Below are positions 35,601 through 42,487 of a DNA stretch of 64,000 nt, in pieces. A model generated the notes under the pieces. That model saw nothing but the letters and a program-made list of their open reading frames with translations, was not told the origin of the DNA and ran no database searches. Position 1 is the first letter of the stretch, and each line of letters starts with the position of its first letter. A program made the position numbers and the translations under genes. This DNA is from Candidatus Saccharimonadales bacterium (GTDB lineage Bacteria; Patescibacteriota; Saccharimonadia; Saccharimonadales; SZUA-47), in assembly GCA_041737385.1 (NCBI GenBank), contig JBGSRU010000001.1, positions 3,539 through 67,538 on the forward strand. The letters are read 5' to 3'.

Positions 35601-36506
35601 CTAGAGGGCAAAAACTCTTTCCAGCTCTTCACCGAATGAGGCTATTTTGCGGGTGCCGACGCCAACGGTCAGCACCGACACAATTACTCTGCGTCCATCG
35701 GTCAGCTCAATTATTGCCACATCGTGATACTCATCGAATTCGTTAAACCCAACTTTGTTGTAGACTGTTGAAGTTGTGAACCCTTTATTAAGAGCGTCCT
35801 GAAAAATCTGGTTCTTCATAGAATCCAAAAATGCTATCTGTGAAACAGTACTCAGGCCTTCACCGCTAGAGATTCGTTGGAGAATCTTTGCAGTATCAAG
35901 CGGTGTTGTCCGTAAGCCGCCAACATTAGTGTTCTGTATTCCGTAAGTTTGTATATTGTCGTTTATAACGTCAGCTCCAATTTCTGAAAGCACAGCTTCA
36001 GCGCAGGGGCTGTCGGACTCTCGTATCATTAGGTCCAAACACTCATACCTCGTCCTGCCATCGTTATACTGTTCACTTGGATCTGCCTGCTCACTATCAA
36101 CCAATCTATATCCTTCGTAAGCGACAAAAATTTTATATAGACTTGCAGAAAAGAAATCTTTATTTGGTTCATAAGCAGCTAAAAGAGCCCCGTCGCTGCG
36201 CATAACAACAACCCCTGCTTGGTCGTCAGGACCGAGACTATTCACCCAAGTATCAATCACTGATTGAATCTTGCTACTGCTAAACTCATCCTCAGTTGCA
36301 TCCGTATCGACTGGCTCAAGCGGAGGTGTTTCAACAACAGCTACGACAGGTTCAGTAACACTTGTTACGGGAGTGGCCGCATCTCGATCATAGAAAGCCC
36401 ATAATATAAGTGCGACAAACGACAAGAGCAATACAAGCACAACTCCGAGCAGTAGTTGACTTCTCTTTGAGCCTTGTAAATAGTGTTTTTGGATTTGCTT
36501 CACCAC
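35601..36506 (-). CDS. membrane-anchored serine hydrolase (class A beta-lactamase-like fold)
   Basis: N-terminal TM helix; S-x-x-K box FSASLYKIF. Confidence 0.45.
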   Translation of the reverse strand: MVKQIQKHYLQGSKRSQLLLGVVLVLLLSFVALILWAFYDRDAATPVTSVTEPVVAVVETPPLEPVDTDATEDEFSSSKIQSVIDTWVNSLGPDDQAGVVVMRSDGALLAAYEPNKDFFSASLYKIFVAYEGYRLVDSEQADPSEQYNDGRTRYECLDLMIRESDSPCAEAVLSEIGADVINDNIQTYGIQNTNVGGLRTTPLDTAKILQRISSGEGLSTVSQIAFLDSMKNQIFQDALNKGFTTSTVYNKVGFNEFDEYHDVAIIELTDGRRVIVSVLTVGVGTRKIASFGEELERVFAL

Positions 36507-36532
36507 AATACTAAAAGCGTATCACGAAGTCG

Positions 36533-37030
36533 CTACTGTTGAACAGTAAGAGTGTACTTACCAATCTTTCTTTTACTCAACAGTGAGTATGGACGCCATT
36601 CATGGGCTGCCGGCCTAGTGATCTCGACCATATGCTCTAACTGTCGAGCCCGAGTAATCTGGTTCTGTACAAAACTGCATAGATTACGCAACCTTGCATC
36701 AGCAAAAGATCTGAATTTAAGTTGTTTATTACCTGTATGTAGCTGAACTGCTGCATCAAGTAAGCGACCTGCAAAATCTACTTCGTTTATCATTTCGTAT
36801 CGAATATCTTCCAGATTAAGAAAAAATGGTCTTTTATCGATTAATAAAAGCCGTGTATTCGTTGCAACCAGCAGCGCAGAGCCCCCTTGGTAAAACCCAA
36901 AAGTGCAGTGATAAATTTGTTCGCCCTCATTTAAAACATTAGCAAGTTCTTTAACTTCTGGCTTGCCGAACACTCTAAATTCAAGGCCGAGAGCCTTCAG
37001 TTGTGCTTTAACTTGTATGAAATCAGTCAT
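36533..37030 (-). CDS. bacterial PH-domain (YokE-like) protein
   Basis: GEQIYHCTFGFYQGGSALLVATNTRLLLIDKRPF pattern. Confidence 0.4.
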   Translation of the reverse strand: MTDFIQVKAQLKALGLEFRVFGKPEVKELANVLNEGEQIYHCTFGFYQGGSALLVATNTRLLLIDKRPFFLNLEDIRYEMINEVDFAGRLLDAAVQLHTGNKQLKFRSFADARLRNLCSFVQNQITRARQLEHMVEITRPAAHEWRPYSLLSKRKIGKYTLTVQQ

Positions 37031-37109
37031 GATATGCTCCTATCTCCTCTTGTACTTATAGTAAACTACAAAATCACAATAATTAATGTAAATATACACA
37101 CCTTATAGT

Positions 37110-37125
37110 TGTGATGTTGATCACT
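37110..37125. promoter_or_regulatory. CRP/FNR-type palindrome TGTGA-N6-TCACT
   Basis: tgtgatgttgatcact, 9/10 match to TGTGA-N6-TCACA, in the divergent region 38 nt upstream of the Crp-family gene. Confidence 0.35.
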
Positions 37126-37162
37126 ATTGCTTTTTTTGTGTGATATTGAAACAATACATACT

Positions 37163-37813
37163 ATGAAAACACGCATACTTAAATGGGAACTACTCGATTC
37201 GTTTTTTAAAGCGCACACTCGTATACAATATAAAAAAGGTGAAACTATAGTTCGTCCTGAGGACGATCCAAGCGGAGTGTACTTAATTGAGTGGGGGTTT
37301 GTTAAAGCGTATACGATTACTAAATACGGCGAAGAAAACCTCCTTATTGTCAGAGGCTCAGGAGGTGTGTTTCCGCTCATATGGGCTTTTACTGGAGAAC
37401 ACCGCAGCGTTACCTATGAAGCTATGGAACCGACGTCGCTCTGGCGTGTTGCAAAGGCAGACTATCTAGAATTCCTCGATAGAAATCCAGATATTATTCC
37501 TGTGATATTGGATATGGCCATTGATGCTTATCGTCTGCATTCTGAGAGAGTAATGACCTTGAGTTACCGAACCGCTCGAGAAAGAATCATCTCATTCTTA
37601 CTCACTCACGCTCAGCGTTTTGGTGTTCAAAACAAAGACGGCAGCATGACAATTCACGCGCCATTTAGGCAATCAGATATTGCCAGTTCCGTTAATGCAA
37701 CCCGCGAGACAACCAGCCGCGAGATTAATAATTTGAAGAAAAAAGGCTTACTTGATGTTGTTGATCATAAAATTGTCATAAAAGACATCAAAAGCATGAG
37801 AGCAATACTCTAG
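37163..37813 (+). CDS. Crp/Fnr family transcriptional regulator
   Basis: cNMP-binding beta-roll followed by HTH SDIASSVNATRETTSREINNLKKKGLL; start chosen at MKTRIL. Confidence 0.8.
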   Translation: MKTRILKWELLDSFFKAHTRIQYKKGETIVRPEDDPSGVYLIEWGFVKAYTITKYGEENLLIVRGSGGVFPLIWAFTGEHRSVTYEAMEPTSLWRVAKADYLEFLDRNPDIIPVILDMAIDAYRLHSERVMTLSYRTARERIISFLLTHAQRFGVQNKDGSMTIHAPFRQSDIASSVNATRETTSREINNLKKKGLLDVVDHKIVIKDIKSMRAIL

Positions 37814-37814
37814 C

Positions 37815-38525
37815 CTAAATAGACTTAAGTTTATAAAATCGTTCGACATTTCCTTTAGCACCTGCAACTTGCGAATCAGCTTTATCTAGGATGACGAACC
37901 GGTTAGTTTGTAGCCACTCTTCGAAATTTTTAAGTATCTGACGTCTAATAGCGCTGTTTTTTATAATTCCCTTATTCACTTGCTCCTTGCCCGCCTCGAA
38001 TTGAGGTTTACACATATAAACAAGAATTGAGGATGTAGACATGAGATTTAAGATCGACGGGAGCACAACTCTACCTGAGACAAAAGAAACGTCAGCAACA
38101 ACAATATCAATCGAAGTTTCTGTGGTAAATTTACGTATATCTGTTTTTTCATGAAGCTCTATTTTTTCGTTACCGTGCAAACTACTATGAAGCTGGTCTG
38201 TTCCAATATCGACTGCAATCACCTTGTGGGCGTCATGTTGCAAGGCATAATCAGTAAACCCTCCAGTGCTACTACCGACGTCGAGTACTATCTTATCCCT
38301 AAAATCTAGCTGAAACTGCTTTGCAATTGAGGCTAATTTCAGTGCAGCTCTCGAAACATATTGCTCACTAGCAAGTACGATACTATCACTACTCGAGACC
38401 GCAAAGCTTGGTTTAGTAATTTTCTTACCATTAACCGTTACCACTCCAAGCTTAATATAATTTTCAGCTTGCGAACGGCTTGAAACAACGCTCCGCTTAA
38501 GAAGCTCTTTATCGAGTCTTTTCAT
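37815..38525 (-). CDS. tlyA: TlyA-family rRNA 2'-O-methyltransferase
   Basis: N-terminal S4 domain (RLDKELLKRSVVSSRSQAENYIKLGVVTVNGK) plus FtsJ-type MTase motif VLDVGSSTGGFTD. Confidence 0.85.
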   Translation of the reverse strand: MKRLDKELLKRSVVSSRSQAENYIKLGVVTVNGKKITKPSFAVSSSDSIVLASEQYVSRAALKLASIAKQFQLDFRDKIVLDVGSSTGGFTDYALQHDAHKVIAVDIGTDQLHSSLHGNEKIELHEKTDIRKFTTETSIDIVVADVSFVSGRVVLPSILNLMSTSSILVYMCKPQFEAGKEQVNKGIIKNSAIRRQILKNFEEWLQTNRFVILDKADSQVAGAKGNVERFYKLKSI

Positions 38526-39160
38526 AGCTTCTCGCTTAATAATTTTCTTACTTCTGACTGAGATAGCAAAAAACTATCAGGATTTACAGCTTCATTTTCA
38601 GGAAATAATAATGATAATGCTGTATACCCCACATAGTGTAAATGGTATATTCTTGATACAAAAGGCCCAACTGGTATTTCAGGATACTCAACTACTACTT
38701 TTTCAGCAGCCTCTTGAGCAGTCATAGCAAGCGTGTGACCTTTTCTGTCTTTATGAACCTCTGGTATAAATGGTAGATTTTTAGTCTGCAAAAAGTACTT
38801 TTCAAATTGCACCGCAAAGCCTTCTTCTATAGCAATAGAAGCAGCACTATCCTGCAACATAACTCCAGAGGCGTCTCTTATTGCGTGCATTGATTCATGC
38901 GCAGTAACAACTAAAACGGAACTTAGAAAATTATCCACTGGCTGTTTAATTTTCCTAGGTATATTAGTTATTAATGTCGAATCTGCTGAACTGTACCCAC
39001 CTAGATGATAAGGACTACCTCTTTGTATTGCTAGCGTCAAATTATCGGGAATCGCTACACCAACACAGCCAAAACTATCGACAACAGCTTGTTCCGCTGT
39101 TTCAACAATATCTTGTATGTGACGGTGTTTTCCAACTTTATCACCTACAACGATATTCAT
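38522..39160 (-). CDS. putative zinc metallopeptidase (HExxH + downstream Glu)
   Basis: VTAHESMHAIRD and IEEGFAVQFE about 25 aa later (gluzincin-like spacing). Confidence 0.35.
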   Translation of the reverse strand: MNIVVGDKVGKHRHIQDIVETAEQAVVDSFGCVGVAIPDNLTLAIQRGSPYHLGGYSSADSTLITNIPRKIKQPVDNFLSSVLVVTAHESMHAIRDASGVMLQDSAASIAIEEGFAVQFEKYFLQTKNLPFIPEVHKDRKGHTLAMTAQEAAEKVVVEYPEIPVGPFVSRIYHLHYVGYTALSLLFPENEAVNPDSFLLSQSEVRKLLSEKL

Positions 39161-39162
39161 AT

Positions 39163-39729
39163 TTAGTCTTTCTTGCGCTCTCTATAATTTCCGTTGTCTG
39201 TATCAACAGAAATAATATCTCCAACTTTTATGAAAGCCGGTACGCGGACTGAAATGCCGGTTTCAAGGGTCGCGCTTTTTAACACAGTACTAGTCGTGTC
39301 GCCCTTCACTACATCTTCTGTGTAGGTAACTTTTAGGTATACATTTTTTGGTAGTTCAATACTAACGGCTAGTCCATCCAGCTTCATCGCCTTAACAATG
39401 TCACCTTCTTTTAAGTATCCTGCCTGATCTGCGATTACTTCAGCGTTCAGCTCAATCTGTTCATAAGATTCATTGTCCATGAAATAGAACTTCGCGCCAT
39501 CAGTATATAGATACTGAATATTGCTGTAGCTGAGATCAACATTATCGAGCTGTTCGTTGCCTTTAAATGTTTTTTGCAGAACTTTACCGTCTATCAGGCT
39601 TTTAATCGTGACATTGACGATTGATCCACCTCGTCCAACTACTTTTTGGGCATACTCAACAACACGGTACGGCGTACCTTCCCATGAAAATACTGCTCCT
39701 TTACGTAAATCTGTTACTCCTAATGCCAC
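39163..39729 (-). CDS. efp: elongation factor P
   Basis: 188 aa; DLRKGAVFSWEGTPYRVVEYAQKVVGRGGSIVNVTIKSL. Confidence 0.9.
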   Translation of the reverse strand: MALGVTDLRKGAVFSWEGTPYRVVEYAQKVVGRGGSIVNVTIKSLIDGKVLQKTFKGNEQLDNVDLSYSNIQYLYTDGAKFYFMDNESYEQIELNAEVIADQAGYLKEGDIVKAMKLDGLAVSIELPKNVYLKVTYTEDVVKGDTTSTVLKSATLETGISVRVPAFIKVGDIISVDTDNGNYRERKKD

Positions 39730-39739
39730 TTTAGTACTC

Positions 39740-40015
39740 CTATCTTATTTTTTGTAGGCTACTGCGAATCCAACTTTCAATTTCTGTAACGTCACCGTGG
39801 CTCATAACGGCTTCGTCCATCGATTGACAAATGTTTTCAATTTGTTTCAAGTCATCCCTGATTGTGTAAGGGTTTTTCTTAACTTGAACATCATCTTCTA
39901 GTTTTTGGAAAACTTTTTCAAGTTTTCTCGCGTCAGCGTGGCTTGGTTCATCTATGCAGTCTCTCATCCGGTGTTGCATTGATATCACTTGCTTGTAGTA
40001 GTTGTCATAATCCAT
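39740..40015 (-). CDS. hypothetical small helical protein
   Basis: 91-aa ORF, no motif. Confidence 0.4.
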   Translation of the reverse strand: MDYDNYYKQVISMQHRMRDCIDEPSHADARKLEKVFQKLEDDVQVKKNPYTIRDDLKQIENICQSMDEAVMSHGDVTEIESWIRSSLQKIR

Positions 40016-40062
40016 GCTATTGCTCCTTATGTTAGTCCGCGCATCCAGTTCCGTTATAGCGA

Positions 40063-40422
40063 CTAGCTAAAATCTGAATCGAATTGCTTACTCAATAACT
40101 CTTCTAGTTCTTTGGCGATAACGTTCAGTGCGCTATACACACTATTACTCATTGCACCCCTCTGATGCAACTCAAACAGATCACTACCTACTTCGTTTAA
40201 ATCTTTTTCAGCATTTTTTATCATCAGAGATTGTTCTGTTGCGTTAAATGCAGTAGATATACCACTTATATACTGCTTCATGTTCCCAAGGTGGTTATGA
40301 AGTGAAGCAATTGTTCTATCCGGAAAATCGGTGTTTTTTAGCCCAGATTCATTAATCTCTGGGTAGCTATTCACCCGTTCGATCAATTCCAAAAGCTTTA
40401 ATATGGTTACGTTATCTTCCAC
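40063..40422 (-). CDS. hypothetical small helical protein
   Basis: 119-aa ORF, no motif. Confidence 0.4.
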   Translation of the reverse strand: MEDNVTILKLLELIERVNSYPEINESGLKNTDFPDRTIASLHNHLGNMKQYISGISTAFNATEQSLMIKNAEKDLNEVGSDLFELHQRGAMSNSVYSALNVIAKELEELLSKQFDSDFS

Positions 40423-40431
40423 GCCTAAAAA

Positions 40432-40635
40432 CTATCCGTGGTTAACAAATGGTAATAATGCGAGGTGTCGTGCGCGCTTGATAGCTTTTGAAAGCTGACG
40501 TTGTTTGCTTTCAGCGAGACCTGTTTTCTTTCGTTGTTCGATTTGTCCGTATTGGTTCACATATCGTTGCAAGGTCTTGAAGTCCTTGTAATCAAAATAT
40601 GGAATATCTGTCTTGTGTTTAAAAATTTTAGCCAT
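40432..40635 (-). CDS. rpsR: 30S ribosomal protein S18
   Basis: ...LQRYVNQYGQIEQRKKTGLAESKQRQLSKAIKRARHLALLPF. Confidence 0.9.
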   Translation of the reverse strand: MAKIFKHKTDIPYFDYKDFKTLQRYVNQYGQIEQRKKTGLAESKQRQLSKAIKRARHLALLPFVNHG

Positions 40636-40766
40636 ATAGTTTCCGCTTCGCTACTCAAGACAAACCTACGGTTTTTCTCGACGCGCGGGACAGTGAAATA
40701 AATTCTCTGTTCCGGCTGCTCTTTTCCCTTGAGCTACAAGGGCTCCCGAGCGTAACGTTCCTTTCT
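40636..40766 (-). repeat. structured repeat copy A (candidate 5'-UTR RNA of rpsR)
   Basis: About 75% identical to 41447-41579. Helices P0-P3 can be drawn with compensatory changes. The element spans from the SD-like GAAAGGA box to the rpsR AUG. Confidence 0.65.
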
Positions 40767-40889
40767 TAACTTATTTAATTATTCTTGTGGTACTGGTACT
40801 TGTTGAACTTCAGCTGCCGGTGTTATTGCTCGCATGTCTCTTGTAACAACTACCGGTGTTTCAACTGTAGTACCCATTTACTATGTAGT

Positions 40890-40965
40890 GCTCAGGGGTG
40901 AGCAGCCGGCCTGAACGAATTTATTTAGTTCGTCCGCGCGATGAGAGGGGATATTCCACTCTCAT
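40890..40965 (+). repeat. structured repeat copy C (inverted, partial)
   Basis: gagcagccgg-[hairpin with loop gaatttattt]-tccgcgcg on the opposite strand. The stem sequence differs from A/B (GAAC/GUUC vs ACAG/CUGU) but pairing is kept. Confidence 0.55.
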
Positions 40966-40969
40966 GGTA

Positions 40970-41446
40970 TTAAAAAGGGATGTCGTCCAAATTAATAGGC
41001 TCGTCGCCAATATCGTCAGACGTTGTTTCTTTCTTCTTGGCTGGAGCTGAGCTTGAATCAGCGCTAGAACTGCTTGAAGAGCTTGACGTAGAACTATTTC
41101 CACCACTTCCGCCTTCATTGCCACCACCAACAAAGTTGAAGTCTTCTACGACTACCTCAACCTTGCTGCGCTTTTGGCCTTCTTGCTCCCATGATCGCTG
41201 TTGTAAGCGTCCTGACACCAATATACCGCTACCTTTGCGCATGTATTGATTGATGATCTCTGCAGGTTTTGCCCAGATATTACAGTCGACATAGTCCACT
41301 GCTTCTTGCTGCTCACCTTGTGCATTTTTCCACGTACGATTAACCGCTAGTGAAAAACTACAGACCGTCTGACCATTAGGTGTTGTTCTCAGCTCAGGAT
41401 CCCGAGTTAAGTTACCCATCAATACTACTTTGTTAAATCCTCGCAT
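40970..41446 (-). CDS. ssb: single-stranded DNA-binding protein
   Basis: OB-fold N-terminus MRGFNKVVLMGNLTRDPELR, Gly/Ser-rich linker, acidic tip DDIPF. Confidence 0.9.
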   Translation of the reverse strand: MRGFNKVVLMGNLTRDPELRTTPNGQTVCSFSLAVNRTWKNAQGEQQEAVDYVDCNIWAKPAEIINQYMRKGSGILVSGRLQQRSWEQEGQKRSKVEVVVEDFNFVGGGNEGGSGGNSSTSSSSSSSSADSSSAPAKKKETTSDDIGDEPINLDDIPF

Positions 41447-41579
41447 ACTTTTATCGCTTCGCTAGTTCCAAGCAAAACCTACAGTTTTACTTTGGCGCGC
41501 GGGACAGTGAAATAGATTCCCTGTTCCGGCTGCTCTTTTCCCTTTGGGCTCCCGAGCCTAACGAATACTCTCCTTTCAT
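41447..41579 (-). repeat. structured repeat copy B (candidate 5'-UTR RNA of ssb)
   Basis: Same architecture as copy A; runs from GAAAGGAG to the ssb AUG. Confidence 0.65.
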
Positions 41580-41736
41580 CTTTTACTTACGTTCTGGTGT
41601 CGTTGTACAATTTCATTTTACCACTCAATTCGCCGGATTTTGTGAAAGCCTGCTTTTAGCGGACTAAGGGCGTAATGCAGCGAAGCGAAATGGTCTGATG
41701 AAAGTTGGCTTACGCCAAAATCCAATCACCCTCACC

Positions 41737-42126
41737 TTAGTCTTCGTCGTCTGAATCGTCTTCGTCGTCATCATCTTCGTCAGTCATTTGACTAAGACGC
41801 TTATCACGACTAACTTTCATCGCTTCTGCTTTAGCAATAGCCTTAACGTCAGGTTTAGTAATCAAAAATCTGATCACTTCACCAGTAATATTTAGTGCGT
41901 CATTTAGCGTACGTACACCTTGAGCAGGTAGCTCAAGCGTATAAAAAACATACACTGCATGTTCGTGACCTGCGATTTTGTACGCAAGCTTTCGTTTGCC
42001 CCAATTATCGGTTTCGGTGATTTTACCACCAGCAGCATCGACAAGCTTCTCAACTTGTTTTGTTGCTTTGTCTAGATCTATTTCTAGATCTGGGTGAAAA
42101 AGCACAGCTAATTCGTAACTGTCCAT
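41737..42126 (-). CDS. rpsF: 30S ribosomal protein S6 with poly-acidic tail
   Basis: MDSYELAVLFHPDLE...; C-terminus DEDDDDEDDSDDED. Confidence 0.9.
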   Translation of the reverse strand: MDSYELAVLFHPDLEIDLDKATKQVEKLVDAAGGKITETDNWGKRKLAYKIAGHEHAVYVFYTLELPAQGVRTLNDALNITGEVIRFLITKPDVKAIAKAEAMKVSRDKRLSQMTDEDDDDEDDSDDED

Positions 42127-42151
42127 CTAGTATCCTTTCTTTGGTTTAATC

Positions 42152-42228
42152 AGTCTATGTACCTAAGAGTCATAGACTAAAGTTGTTATTACAGGTGTAA
42201 TTATACACTAAATCAAATATTTATTCAA
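42152..42228 (-). promoter_or_regulatory. rpsF promoter (TTGAAT-17-TATAAT) and leader hairpin
   Basis: -35 at 42223-42228, -10 at 42200-42205 (minus strand). 8-bp hairpin AGUCUAUG/CAUAGACU at 42152-42178 just upstream of SD AGAAAGGA. Confidence 0.5.
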
Positions 42229-42232
42229 AATT

Positions 42233-42463
42233 CTATACTTGCCAAATTCTGAAAACAAGACTATGAACGGGAATAACTGCAAACATTCCAAAAAAGATGG
42301 CAAATATAATCACGAATGTTCTTTCAGGAATTGTCTTCCTCACAGATTTTGGCAAAAATTTATTATAAATAATGTGCCCAAAAATTGAAAATAGATATAT
42401 ACAAATTCCTACTCCTACAATAATCGCTGTCAAGTACAATAAAATAACTACTAGATAACCCAT
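42233..42463 (-). CDS. small membrane protein
   Basis: 76 aa, two hydrophobic helices. Confidence 0.4.
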   Translation of the reverse strand: MGYLVVILLYLTAIIVGVGICIYLFSIFGHIIYNKFLPKSVRKTIPERTFVIIFAIFFGMFAVIPVHSLVFRIWQV

Positions 42464-42487
42464 AATATTGCCTTGTTCGGTAAGTTT

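Noticed and set aside
40980-41249. 89-aa ORF antisense to ssb, plus many other antisense ORFs (e.g. 2520..2972, 2976..3437, 15427..15846, 43605..44099, 46260..46781)
   Set aside because: Each lies fully inside a longer ORF on the opposite strand that has strong family motifs. They are shadow ORFs with low-complexity or Ser/Pro/Cys-rich translations.
41679-41705. Hammerhead-like core (CUGAUGA adjacent to GAAA)
   Set aside because: The two boxes are contiguous (GAAAUGGUCUGAUGAAAG), leaving no room for stems II/III, and no cleavage-site helix can be formed.
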